DNA of 63,764 nt, filler included, from Octopus bimaculoides (GCF_001194135.2; 13 parts of 13 records of this genome joined end to end with filler, not necessarily neighbours in it), one strand, 5' to 3'; counted from the whole stretch's first letter, positions 23,181 to 36,510 are shown. Notes: generated from the letters alone by a model not told the origin. A program made the numbers and translations.

Positions 23181-23687
23181 GTATATATACATATATATAT
23201 ATATATTCTATTGCCCGTGTTTATTGATTTATCATTTTAATATTATTTATTATGTTATTTACTATATATATATTTAATGTGAAAATAAATATTTGTTGGC
23301 GTGAAAATTAAATGTTACATACTGTAAATGATTAATGTTTTATACACATACACATATACGCATACATGTATATATATAAGCACTGGTATGTATTTATACA
23401 CGCATATATACACATAAAAACAAGCCTATATTTACACACACACACACATGTTCGCGCTACATTTTATTACCGCCCCACGGTGGCTGTTAAAGTGTTATGT
23501 TGACCTTATGATGATAATGTTTTAATGAGATCGCCTGAAAGTAAGAACACTAGTTGTGTGATATTAATAGAGATAATGATTATGATGTTGTTCTTGCGGT
23601 TGTTATTGTGGTTGATAATGATGATGACGATGACGATGATGATGATGAAGGTGATGATAATAATGATAATAATAATAATAAAAATAA

Positions 23688-23724
<37 letters not shown>

Positions 23725-23780
23725 GCAATAATAATAATACTAATACTACTACTAATAATAATAATAATAATAATAATAAT

Positions 23781-24722
23781 ACAAATAGCCACAAAACACG
23801 AGCAAAACGAAAAACTGTTTTCAGTATTTAAAGAAGCTGACAAATACAAACAAGAAATCATACTACCTANNNNNNNNNNNNNNNNNNNNNNNNNNNNNNN
23901 NNNNNNNNNNNNNNNNNNNNNNNNNNNNNNNNNNNNNNNNNNNNNNNNNNNNNNNNNNNNNNNNNNNNNNNNNNNNNNNNNNNNNNNNNNNNNNNNNNNN
24001 NNNNNNNNNNNNNNNNNNNNNNNNNNNNNNNNNNNNNNNNNNNNNNNNNNNNNNNNNNNNNNNNNNNNNNNNNNNNNNNNNNNNNNNNNNNNNNNNNNNN
24101 NNNNNNNNNNNNNNNNNNNNNNNNNNNNNNNNNNNNNNNNNNNNNNNNNNNNNNNNNNNNNNNNNNNNNNNNNNNNNNNNNNNNNNNNNNNNNNNNNNNN
24201 NNNNNCTATGGAATAACAACAGAAAAAAGATAGTATAAACACACGCCAGAAAAGGTCACAGAAAACGAGAAAGCAACCATACTCCGGGATATGCCAATAC
24301 ACACAGATAGAGAAATTAAGGCAGATAGACCAGATATAGTTGTCAAAGATCATGAAGAAAAAAATGCTTTAGAGATGACAACGTTTCCCTAAAAGAAATG
24401 GAAAAACTTTCAAAATATAAAGACCTGGAAAGAGAGGTAACTCGAATGTGGAATCTAAAAACAGAAATAATTCCTATCATAGTAGGTACCTTAGGTATAA
24501 TAAAAAAATATTCAGACAAATACATAACAAAAACACCAGGACTTACAAATATATATAACATACAGAAAATTGCACTACTGGGCACTGCACACATCCTACG
24601 TAAAAAAACTTTCAATACAGTACCCATAAGAGCATCACAGCAAACCACAGCACATACCCAAGGCGCACAGAGCTGCGCTCGGTAGTGAAGTGAAAGCACG
24701 TTATAAAAATAAAACTACTGAA
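23781..24722 (+). mobile_element. 5'-truncated R4/Dong-like element flanked on both sides by (AAT)n (contains a gap)
   Basis: KADRPDIVVKD, EKLSKYKDLEREV..WNLKTEIIPIIVGTLG, IQKIALLGTAHILRK; (AAT)n at 23660-23780 and 24723-24790. Confidence 0.9.
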
Positions 24723-24723
24723 C

Positions 24724-24773
<50 letters not shown>

Positions 24774-24789
24774 TAATAATAATAACAAT

Positions 24790-25388
24790 AATTTTCGGTA
24801 GCCAGAGGCATTCAAAATCTAACTGAAACAGAAGAATTCAAAGAGATAAGAAAAAACGCTAGAATTAACAAATGGTTAGAAATGCAACTGCATGATCAAT
24901 TTATGCAACAAGCCGAAAGTGTTGGAACTGAAGATTGTTGATAGACGGGAGCTTGAAACTGGAAAAACAAAACGGTAACTATAGCTACTCTGGAAGAAGC
25001 GTTTAGAAAAAAACCAGATCAACAAAACTCAGCCAGACATCAAATGTAGAATCTGTAGGAAAAGAGACGAGAGTGTCAATCATGTTTTGAGTTAGTGCAG
25101 TATATTAACACAAAAAGAGTATAAGCGCATACATGACAACATGAGCAAAGAGTGCATCGGGATGTCAGCCGAGTGTATGGCATGAATACAACAGAAAAGT
25201 GGTCTGAATACAAACCAGAAGCCATGATAGAAAATGGAAATTACAAGATCTTGTGGGACTTCGTCATAAAGACTTACCATACTGTTTAGGCGAGAAATCT
25301 AGATATGATTATAGAAGACAAAATAAACAGTGTAATATCATAGATTTTGTAATTCCCTACGATAGCAGAGTTGATACCGTAGAAATTG
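24790..25388 (+). mobile_element. R4/Dong-like fragment (CCHC knuckle and REL region), degenerate
   Basis: KCRICRKRDESVNHVLS.C, YKRIHDN, KW.EYKPE..IENGNYKILWDF, FVIPYDSRVD. Confidence 0.85.
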
Positions 25389-25557
25389 AATTTTTGCTTT
25401 TGTTTATGTTTTGTGTGCTGTAACCTGTCTTTCGATAGTGACCGCTACGTCTTGGGTCCCAGTGGCAATAAACGAAATTATCCCCCTTCCTCCTCCTCCT
25501 CCTCCTCCTCCTCCTCCTCATCATCATCATCATCATCATCATCATTACTATTATCGT

Positions 25558-25800
25558 TATTCAGTAGTCTTATTTTTATCAAATGCTTCACTGCACTTTC
25601 TGTGCCGTGGGTATGTGCTGTGCTTTGTTGTGGTGCTCTTATTTTCAATGTGTTAAAAGTGTTTTACATAGGATGTGTGCGGTGCCTAGTTGTGCTATTT
25701 TATGTATATTATATATACTTGTAAGTCCTGGTGTTTTTATCATGCATTTGTCTGAATGTCTTTTTTGCCACACTTAATGCGCTTTACTATATGAACTGTT
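25558..25800 (-). mobile_element. R4/Dong-like 3' end (same family as 24400-24722)
   Basis: Reverse complement of the 3' end at 24480-24722. Confidence 0.85.
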
Positions 25801-25929
25801 TCTGTTTTTTGAACTCCACTTTCGAGTTACCTCTATTTTCAGATCTTTGTATTTTGAAAGTTTTTCCGTTTCTTTTAGAGAAAAATTGTAATCTGTTATT
25901 ATTATTTAAGATGTCGCACAGTATACAAT

Positions 25930-26260
25930 ATTGTGATGCTGTTGATTGGAAATATTGTGTGTACCGGGGGTTTGTACTGTCTGTCAAGTCACAACAAGGA
26001 TCTCAGACACACATTACTTTACGCAATATACGTGCAGTTCAAAGTAATACTGACTTTTGCAATACACCTAGATTGGAGGTTATTTCTAAACTTTCCAGAT
26101 GTTTTTCGGGTTGGGTGGTATTGAACCCAATGCTTCGATGACAAAGGGACAACCTTTATGTTTGACTCTCAAAGCTGCCATATCATAGCGATCTCAGTTC
26201 TCAAGTTTCCATACTTATGAATCTTTTCTCTTTACTCTTCCTTTTATGATAATATGTTGA
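25930..26260 (-). mobile_element. R4/Dong-like 3' end, different family
   Basis: KIHKYGNLRTEIAMIWQL..KVVPFVIEALGSIP..LQKSVLL.TARILRKV-stop. Confidence 0.8.
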
Positions 26261-26316
26261 TCTCATTATTATTATTATTGTTGTTGTTGGTGTTGTTGTT
26301 GTTGTTGTTGTTGTTA

Positions 26317-27080
26317 TTGTACTCAAGTAATGTATTGAAGTTAATATTGAAAGGGGAATCTTCCAAGGTGACTCGTTTCCTCCGTTACTATTTGTAGTTG
26401 CACTAATACCCATAACAATGTCACTTAGGAAAGTTGAGATGGGTTACCAATGTGAGAAGAAAGGCCCATCATTGAACCTTCTTCTGTTTATGGATGGCCT
26501 GAAATTGTTTGGGAAATCTGAAAAACAGATATATTCCTTAACCAAAACAGTCCAGAAATGTGATAGGGACATCGGTATATTTTGTTTTCCACTCTTTCAC
26601 GCTATGCATCAGAAAATTTGTGATGTTGATAGCAACACCGAACATCTGAAGGCATTCAACAATCCAAGAATGTGGGATCATATTATATTCCTTCTTAAAG
26701 TCAATCCAAGCCATAGACATGTTTGTATGGTGTTTAATTAATGACCAAGTGATCCTTGGAACCCCGAGAACTCTTCTTGCATCCTTTTTGTTCCCTTGGT
26801 AGGATGTTTTCCTGTGCCAGGAAAAATATGTCTTTGCCGTACATATTCCAGTGACTTCCAGATTATGTTTAGGCATGCTATGTGACGGTAGTTTCCCACA
26901 ATATTCCCATGTCTTCTTTCTTTCATGATAAGTGTTGTCCCCCCCAGTCACCATCCACCCGGCGACTGCACCTTTCTGGACACACTCATTCAATTGGACT
27001 GCCAGTCTTTCATGCACAACGTGGCATACCTTCAGCCAAAAGCCACGAATCCCATCTGGTGTGGGGGCTTTCCAGTTAGG
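26317..27080. mobile_element. R4/Dong-like RT fragment with an internally inverted segment
   Basis: Minus part 27080-26580 reads PNWKAPTPDGIRGFWLK..AWIDFKK.YNMIPHSWI..EWKTK; plus part 26317-26578 reads LYSS..EVNIERGIFQGDSF.PLLF..LLFMDGLKLF. Confidence 0.85.
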
Positions 27081-27121
27081 CACCGTGTGGTTAAGAAGCA
27101 AGCTTCTTACCGCATAGCCAC

Positions 27122-27234
27122 ATTCTTCTTCTTCTTCTTCTTCTTCTTCTTCTTCTTCTTCTTCTTCTTCTTCTTCTTCTTCTTCTTCTTCTTCTTCTTC
27201 TTCTTCTTCTTCTTCTTCTTCTTCTTCTTCTTCT
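27122..27234. repeat. (TTC)n microsatellite
   Basis: Pure trinucleotide run. Confidence 0.98.
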
Positions 27235-27596
27235 TGTCATTCATTAGACCGAAATCAATCATTTAAGGATGTGTTGTTTTAACACCCTGTTTCTAAATTT
27301 AATGAAACAGCATTTCTTTGTTTAGTAGCTTTACTGACAATCTCAGTTGAGTATGAGGTGTTGGCTTGCACTACTCTTTTGCTACTTGTTCTAAGTGTGT
27401 GTGTGTGTGTGTGTGTGTGTGCAATCGCGAGTTGACACGGGTGGTTTCAGTTTTGCCATCTTTCATCAGCGGAAGTTTAGAGTGTATAATGCACAATGCA
27501 TAGCTGAAAGATATTAGGTATCAGGAAAGTAACGTATCATTGCCGTGAGAGTGGCTGCTGCAGTTGCAAGCTTATAGGGAACTACATACATACATG

Positions 27597-27643
<47 letters not shown>

Positions 27644-28362
27644 ACACAAACACACACGCACACATACACACACAAACAGAAGCACATGCACATGCGATCG
27701 TACATACATGCGTACAAAAATACCCCGTTGTTTATGCTGAAATTCCAATGGCGGTGCCTTGGATCTAGGTTAGAAACCGGCTCTTTCTCTATTGACAAGA
27801 AATCTTGAAATAAAACTAAAAAATCACACACACACACAAATACACAAAGACACATACATACATACATACATACATACATACATACATACATACATACATA
27901 CAAAGTTACATATATAGTTACATACATCCTTACCTAAGTACATACATCCAAGTATTGCGTAAACAAGTGAGGACAGAAGCAAAAAACAAACTTCAACATA
28001 AAATATAATCAAGAATTTTCACATTTTATTAATCAACGCGGCCTACAGTTTAATCAGTTTATACAATTAAGCTTACTTCGTTGAATTAGGATGGTAGTTT
28101 TGCAATACTCCAGCTTCAGAATGTCACGTGTTTTGCTTGAGCGGTAGTTTGTGCATGTACGTATGTGCGAATGTATGTGTGTGTGTGTGTGGATGGGTGG
28201 TTGTGTATTTAGATGTATAGATGTATTCACAGATACGTATATATGTAACACTCCACACACATTAAAGCATATACAAACATCTATATATATATATCCATAC
28301 ATACAATGACACACGTACATGATCACACACAGAATCGTACAAAGACAAACATATGTAGACGT

Positions 28363-28420
<58 letters not shown>

Positions 28421-29123
28421 TACGCACACATATACTTATATAGGTAAACATATGTAAATTTGTGCGCATGTATACGTATATTTGTACGTGCGGAGTGCAA
28501 TATATAGAAGTGTATCGCGCAGTGGGTTATCAACCATTAAAATGGTGAAATGAACTGCGATAAATTTAATTTCTTTGAAATGAGAAAAGTATTACACAAT
28601 TTTCTGAACTGCAAAATAAATACAACACAATAGTCCCTTCAGGAAGAAGCGATGAACCTGATAATACTATTATAGCATTATCTTATTATTTTTAACTAAC
28701 AATTCTCTGAAGGAAATGACTCGGAGGAATAAAATTCTACCGAAAAAAGAAAACAGACTATTTTATATATTTCTACAAAGCGTTTTACTTCCATACTCTG
28801 TGAAATAGAATATTTCGCAAAGTATAGAATATTTATAACTATCTCATTTATCTCTGTTTTATTTCAAATAAAAAAATTAGTGGTTGTGATAAATAGTTTC
28901 AAATTAGAGAGAAGAGATAATTGCATCCACAGATAGAAACAGAAAATGGGTGCCATCTAAACAAATAGAAGATTAAATGTAGAAAAGTTTATAAAAGTAG
29001 CAGTATTATTATTATCAATTTTTTTTTGTCGTTTGAAATAAGGACATTTAATGTGTTTTGTATATACCTTAATGTATCTATCAATTTTCAGATTTACGTA
29101 TTTCAAAGTTTGTTATTCATTAC

Positions 29124-29182
<59 letters not shown>

Positions 29183-29776
29183 TCTTTTTAAATTCTAAAG
29201 CAATCCGTTGATAAAGTATATATATTTTTTTAATCTCTACCATACTATATAAAGAATTTTGTCTAAACAAAAACTACAAAAATAATAATCATAAAATAAC
29301 GATAATTGTTTTGTGTGTAAATGCAAAATTCTCGACAGAACTGGTTATAATAAAAATATATAAAATGCCGACAGTTCTTGCGTGAAAAAATTCTGTCTAG
29401 TGATAAAATCATGTCTTATAAATTAAGAATACTAAAGAGTTAGACAACAATGTTGGGTTTAATGTTTTATTTTAAATCCTATGTGAAGCAAATTGCACTT
29501 GCCAGTCCACAAGATTTATTATTAGAAAATTATTTCAACAGGAAAGTATTAATTATTCATGGGACCTTTAGCAATGAGCTAAGCGAAAGCGACAAAGAGG
29601 TAAGAAAAAATTCTACCGAAAAGAAAGAATGTAACATCTACTTGCAATATATGTAACTAGAGGAAAAGCTTATACAGCAAATGAGATATGTTGGTTGTGA
29701 TTGCTTACTAGGTGAATGGAATGCCTGAGTTTAAAAGAAATAGTAAGCAAAATTGTTACAGGAAGCTTGACTTTGT

Positions 29777-29850
<74 letters not shown>

Positions 29851-30466
29851 TGTGTGTGTGTGTGTGTGAAGACATTTTAAAAACATTACAGTCAGGAGTT
29901 TTGGACTGCATCCATGTCCCTTTATAGGGTCCACTAATTTGGTGCGATAGAGGAGTAAAAGTTATTCAGAAATCAAAAACCGAGCCTAAACCTTGCAGTA
30001 GAATCGACATCTAAGGTTCTAGATGATCATATGAGACCAGAGAAAGGATTAAATAGACGACGGCATGATTTGAACTCCGAACTCAAGGAGTTGGAATAAA
30101 TATCGCAAGACATCCTGTCCAACGCCCTCATATTTGCGCCGCTCCACCAACCTAAACCTGAAATCTTTTTCTTAGACTCTCGAAGGAGTTGTCTAAAATG
30201 ACTGAACATAGCTACCTCAGAATTATTCCCCTAAGACTCTCTAGCAGGCGAGATCGTCTTAGCGTTTCATCCATTCGAATCGATAAAATAGCACCAATAT
30301 AATATCCGCTTATCACTAACACGTAGGCACCTTAACGAGAGTTTACTCTGATGCAAGCATACGTCGCCTATAAATTTTTCTATACCCATGTAGACGTGCT
30401 AATACATCTGAAGACCCTAAACTTAAAGGAACACACACACACAAACACACACATGCTCACAGACGT

Positions 30467-30500
<34 letters not shown>

Positions 30501-30874
30501 ACATGCTCACAGACGTACACACACACACACANNNNNNNNNNNNNNNNNNNNNNNNNNNNNNNNNNNNNNNNNNNNNNNNNNNNNNNNNNNNNNNNNNNNN
30601 NNNNNNNNNNNNNNNNNNNNNNNNNNNNNNNNNNNNNNNNNNNNNNNNNNNNNNNNNNNNNNNNNNNNNNNNNNNNNNNNNNNNNNNNNNNNNNNNNNNN
30701 NNNNNNNNNNNNNNNNNNNNNNNNNNNNNNNNNNNNNNNNNNNNNNNNNNNNNNNNNNNNNNNNNNNNNNNNNNNNNNNNNNNNNNNNNNNNNNNNNNNN
30801 NNNNNNNNNNNNNNNNNNNNNNNNNNNNNNNNNNNNNNNNNNNNNNNNNNNNNNNNNNNNNNNNNNNNNNNNNN

Positions 30875-30911
<37 letters not shown>

Positions 30912-30913
<2 letters not shown>

Positions 30914-31205
30914 CCTAGTTCATCCCTTCACTGTGTGGTCTTTCCGGGTAGTCCTTAATGATGTCACAACCAAACTTCGAGTCTTTCCTTGGTCTGCTGC
31001 TGCTCTGTGTGACTTGACTGTCCCCTTTTTGATGTTACAAGCTCATCTTTTCCTTACCCTGTCTTGCTTTCGTTCACACATCACGGTGCCCTGCAGTATA
31101 GTCTTTACTGGTTCGGGGCTTCTCGTGCCACGGCCATAGCATTCCAGTTTCCTTGATTTTACAATTGCTCGCAGACACTTATAATAAGCCTGGGTTATTC
31201 ACATC
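30912..31205 (-). mobile_element. RTE-like LINE 3' end, degenerate
   Basis: IVKSRKLE.YG..TR...KTILQGTV...R..R.RKRW-like C-terminus. Confidence 0.65.
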
Positions 31206-32039
31206 CTCACTTTGTTAGACGTCGCATGTGCTTTGTATACGATATCTAAATACCTAGGAGCTGTCTATAGCATCACATTTCCATTACGCTTAACTTGGAA
31301 GCTTGGACATAAAACGAAACACACACACACACAAATACACAGACGCAAGTATACAAACACGCGCGGGTGCACATACAAGTCTACAGGCGACGAGCGACTC
31401 TAAATAGAAGCATAAAAGATGCAGAAGCTTTACGCATGCAGAGACATACCGATTCAAGTGTATATCCGTATAAATCTGCGTTTTATCGAAATATTTCTAT
31501 TAAACTGCTGAATACAAAAATGTTTATCCACATGCAAAGATATTTTAATATAGCTATTAGCTACACACAACCCCGCCAAAGACATACATACGTACACACA
31601 CATATACACACACATACATACGTACAGGCACAGTATGTGAGCACGCTTGTATGTGTGGTATATGTATGTTTTGTGCGTTTCAGTGAGCTTGCACACAAAC
31701 CTCTAGCGTCAAAACTTTAAAATATTTACAAATAGAAGTTAAAGTTATGCATACATTCAAATACAGAAACATGCCATCAATTCTAAAGCATACATCATCT
31801 ATCTGTCTGCCTGTCTGTCTGTCTGCCTGTCTGTCTGTCTGCCTGTCTGTCTGTCTGCCTGTCTGTCTGTCTGTCTGTCTACTTCTATTTATATATAGGT
31901 ATGTAAACAAATATTGCTATTTAGTTATAAAGTAAACCGTTAATATACTAGCTCAAATCATTTCGGAGACAACTATATACATACATACATACATACATAC
32001 ATACATACATACATACATACAAACATACATACATACATA

Positions 32040-32395
32040 GTTGTGGCATCTTGGGCAAGTGTCTTCTACTATAGCCTCGGGCCGACCAAAGCCTTGTGAG
32101 TGGATTTGGTAGACGGAAACTGAAAAAAGCCCGTCGTATGTATGTATATATATATGTATGTGTGTATGTGTATGTGTTTGTGTGTCTGTCTTTGTCCCAC
32201 CAACATCGCTTGACAACGGATGCTGGTGTGTTTATGTCCCCGTAACTTAGCGGTTCGGCAAAAGAGACCGATAGAATAAGTACTAGGCTTCTAAAGAATA
32301 AGTCCTGGGGTCGATTTGCTCGACTAAAGGTGGTGCTCCAGCATGGCCACAGTCAAAAGACTGAAACAAGTAAAAGAGTAAAAGAGTAAAAGAGT
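32040..32395 (+). mobile_element. SINE family B, nearly complete, (AAAGAGT)n tail
   Basis: CTTGGGCAAGTGTCTTCTACTATAGCCTCGGGCCGACC...GGTGCTCCAGCATGGCCACAGTC..GTAAAAGAGTAAAAGAGT. Confidence 0.92.
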
Positions 32396-32817
32396 ATATA
32401 TATATATATATATATACACACATTTGTACACACATACAGAAAGAAAAGTTTGCCATTTCTGGTTCTAGAATTCATTGAGTATCAAGCAATATTTTAATGC
32501 AAAAAGCACTGCAAGCTAGGCTGTATCTATAGTCAAGCTACTTATAACTCTTGCATCTTGTCTAATGAGTTCTAAGTAACGACCTCAAAAATGTATATTT
32601 AGTTACCACAACAAACGCGAGTAATTCCTTGGCTATGTGTGCATGATTTAACTCTACCGCCAGAAAATTTAGCGTGTGTTAGCTATGTTTGGAGAAGAAT
32701 TTACATACCATAATACAAATCAAAAATTAGTATCAGCAAAATTGTTGAAGAGGTATTTGAAGGTTTTAATACAACGGGTCATACCTCTTAAATTAAGCAA
32801 ACTTGTGCCACGCCATT

Positions 32818-33167
32818 ACCGTGCCATACATAAATAAGAGGGTAAAGACCCCCTTCAGTTATGTATGACAGTGGGATTTCGCCTAGAAAATTTCCGAACA
32901 AGGTTTTTTTTTTTATGGAAGACTAGCAGTCCTCCATGCATACCGACCTCTCTTCTCCACGCCACGGATGTTATCCAAGGGAGAGGCAAAGACCGATACA
33001 ACTGGGCACCAGTGACGTCGCAATTCATTTCTACGGATGAGTGAAAGGGAGCAACGTTAAATAAAGTGTCTTGCTCAAGAGCATAAAATTCCGGTCCAGG
33101 AATCGAACTCATTACCTCATGTTTGTGAACCTGATTCACTAACCACTGAACCATGCGCCTTCACAAC
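32818..33167 (-). mobile_element. tRNA-derived SINE (GTGAAGGCGCATGGTTCAGTGGTTAG head)
   Basis: Minus strand head with A box and B box (GAGTTCGATTCC), CTTGAGCAAGACAC core. Confidence 0.85.
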
Positions 33168-33239
33168 ATACACATGCATACACGTATATACATACGTACA
33201 CATGTATATACAAATAAATAAGTAAATATATGTGTGTAT

Positions 33240-33277
<38 letters not shown>

Positions 33278-35639
33278 TCAAATATAGATTGGATATATAC
33301 GTGCAAACATATACATGCATACAAATATATATATACATATAAACATACACACATGTACATATATATATATATATANNNNNNNNNNNNNNNNNNNNNNNNN
33401 NNNNNNNNNNNNNNNNNNNNNNNNNNNNNNNNNNNNNNNNNNNNNNNNNNNNNNNNNNNNNNNNNNNNNNNNNNNNNNNNNNNNNNNNNNNNNNNNNNNN
33501 NNNNNNNNNNNNNNNNNNNNNNNNNNNNNNNNNNNNNNNNNNNNNNNNNNNNNNNNNNNNNNNNNNNNNNNNNNNNNNNNNNNNNNATATATGTAAGCAT
33601 ACATACATATACACATATACATACATACATAGGTATATATATTTATACATACACACGCACATTCTCACATTATATGTGTGTGTGTATGTATACGCACACA
33701 CATACACACACACACACATATGCGCGAAATGAGATGACAAGAATAAATTTATGAAGTTCCTCTTTGTAAGTCAGATTGATTACATTTAAACAATATTAAA
33801 CTCAGTATAAAGATAATTACATTAATACTTTTATAGAAAAGCTGGATTAAGAGTCGATTATATATTGCTTCACCATCCATCGAGCCACTGGGTGTTGATA
33901 TTTATCTGCCACTGTGGATAAGTAGAGAAAATGACGACAACTGAAAGTGTATTTCGAATAATTCTTGAATTTAAGCTCAGAACGAAAATTAACTGCGATG
34001 AATAGGAAGAAGATTATAAACAGACCACACTTCCCCCTCCCCTTTCTTTCTCTCTGAGGCACAAACACAATACGCATACGTATCTCTATGTACTCGTTTG
34101 TCTATCAGTCTGTCTAGATTCCCTGGAATTAAAGGAGGAGATTATTTCCCTTTGTTTAGTTGTATGGGAGAGAGAGAGACAGAGAGAGAGAAAGACTAAG
34201 ACAGACAGAGGAAGGAAGAGACAAAGAGAGAGAGAGGTGACTAGGAGGATTAGAATGAGGCAGAATGAGGGAATGATAGAGAAAATGTGATAGATTGATA
34301 GGGCGAGGGGGAAAGGGGGAGGGAGGAAGAGAGAGAGAGAGAGAGAGTGAACGAATGAGGTAGAGAAATGCAACGTTATCAAGGATCAATAAATGGAATC
34401 AATTTGACTTCTACGCCATTTTGTGGCCGACAGCAAGTCGACATTAAGTTTAATGAATTCTAAACCAATGATTAAGATAACAATAGAAATAATGTTAAAC
34501 CAGTTAACAAAGCTGATAAAAAGAGATTACAGTGAATATCTCAAAATAAAAATGTATGAACGTTATAGAAAACTACAACCAGAGAACAGCAACAACTACG
34601 ACGATAATGACAACAATAACAGCAACAGTAACTACGAAAAGAAATATAAAAAATAATAACCGCAAAATCAGTTTCAGTAATAAAACGAGCACGAACAACA
34701 ACGACAAGGGCCAACAACATGAAAACATCAGGAAGAATGAAAGAGCAAAAATCAAAGTCATAAATAATATGGGGAACCTTAAATGGATAACAACAGTAGT
34801 AATAAACATGAAAATTGACTGAAGGTCAAAAAAGAAGCCACAGCAGTGAGCATATCAGAAAGATTGATGCAACAGGAAATACAACAGCAGACATTATTGT
34901 AATTGCACAATAAATTCAACTGTAGTTATAGTAGCAAATACTTTAGACAGAAAGTCTGCAACGATATAAATAGTGGAAATGGTAACAATTTAGCGATAAT
35001 TAGAAATATTACGTACGGTGCTGGATGATACTCCTCGGAGGCAGCTTGTGAAAATGGATATTAATCTATTCTTCACTTCTGAAGTTCTGAATGCCACCTG
35101 GAGCAAGAGCCAAAAATTACGTCTTAAATTTCAAGCAAGAATTACGGGAAAATTCCACAGTTTCGTGCAGGAAGCAGAGGTGAGACACTTAATTCAAATG
35201 ACTGTAATGGTGGATGATTACTGTATAATCGTAACTCCTATCCTCTTAGAATCATTGCCATTTAAGCAACATTTGAATGATATTTCAATAACTATCTCGA
35301 TTCCAATGACAGTAGGAAACTGAAGCACCAGACATAAAATCATCCACACTTTTTCAGGACACTGAAATTCGAAAGCAGTTGTTGGATCTGTGGTCTGATA
35401 GGCTTTGGTAGTTTAAATAATTCTTCAGTCCCGTGTGAAATATTTCAGTTACATGATTTTCAGGTCTACTTGACATACTCTAATTACAACAGACCTTTAC
35501 ACTCTCAAGCACATTGGACGCTACAGTCCTATAAACTCAGGAATAGATGAGATAATCATCTTTAGAAAAGCTTTTATCTTAGTTGTATGTGATTATGATT
35601 GACTTTGGTTAAAAAAGCAACAACATTGACGACAATAAA

Positions 35640-35925
35640 ATAATAGCAACAGCTACGACAGTCGCAAAGGTTTGGCAAAATAAATAATATGGTGACTACT
35701 ATAATTGCAAGTAATATTAGCAAACTTGGAGGAATTCTTAAAACATCGATGCGAATTCCTTGTTGCACTTCTGGCATTTCAATCCCAATTTTGATGCCTA
35801 AAAAGGGCATATCTCACATCTATTTTCACTCCCCCAGTTCACTCTCTATTTCGTATCTTATCTAAATTAACTATTGCATAACTATTTTCTCACACCGTCT
35901 CCGATGAAGGGATATAAAGCTGTAA
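35640..35925 (+). mobile_element. Possible decayed Penelope-like 3' end
   Basis: EEFLKHRCEFLVA resembles Penelope C-terminus; followed by GTCTCCGATGAAGGGATA..AGCTGTAAGAT, a hammerhead-like relic. Confidence 0.3.
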
Positions 35926-36168
35926 GATATTCTATTTATAAATGTTCTATTTATAAATCTTCACAACCTTGGTTTTTTTTTTATCTCAATCTTAAAAAAA
36001 AAAATATATATATATACACATGCTGATATATGACCTACGTCGTACTCCTTATTCGCATAATCACCGAACTTGGAGCTTAACTATGGTCCGTCCATAGCAC
36101 CTACTCAGCATTACTGCTAATGTGCTAGAAGAAGATCACATGTAATTTGTCTACTAAGACTGAATTGC

Positions 36169-36298
36169 TTCTGATGGATTCTCCGTCGATACTTACGCTG
36201 TAATTCCTGTTCGTGACATCCTTGATTCTTTTAATGTGCTTGTTCCCTGGTATTAAATTGATATTAATTAATATCCAATTTTTTACCCTACTGTTTTA

Positions 36299-36344
<46 letters not shown>

Positions 36345-36510
36345 AAAAGCGATTTTAATAAACTTTATAATAACCTGTTTATGTGAATTGCTGAAATGCT
36401 CACTCACGCGCACACACGCTGGTGACTCTTTTTGCTTGGAAACTCTGGTTTACATACTGATGTCACGAACAGGAATTACAACGTAAATATCAACGGAGAA
36501 TCCATCAGAA
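36169..36510. repeat. 52-bp inverted repeat (49/52 identical) around a 238-bp spacer
   Basis: 36169-36220 is the reverse complement of 36459-36510 apart from three positions. Confidence 0.95.

Noticed and set aside
29541-29599. Plus-strand exon-like segments with good splice signals (also 42559-42719)
   Set aside because: The first has one short open frame with no recognisable product; the second has stops in all three frames. No coherent plus-strand gene can be built.
35018-35323. 101-aa plus-strand ORF in complex sequence
   Set aside because: No recognisable motif; starts at GTG; probably decayed repeat.
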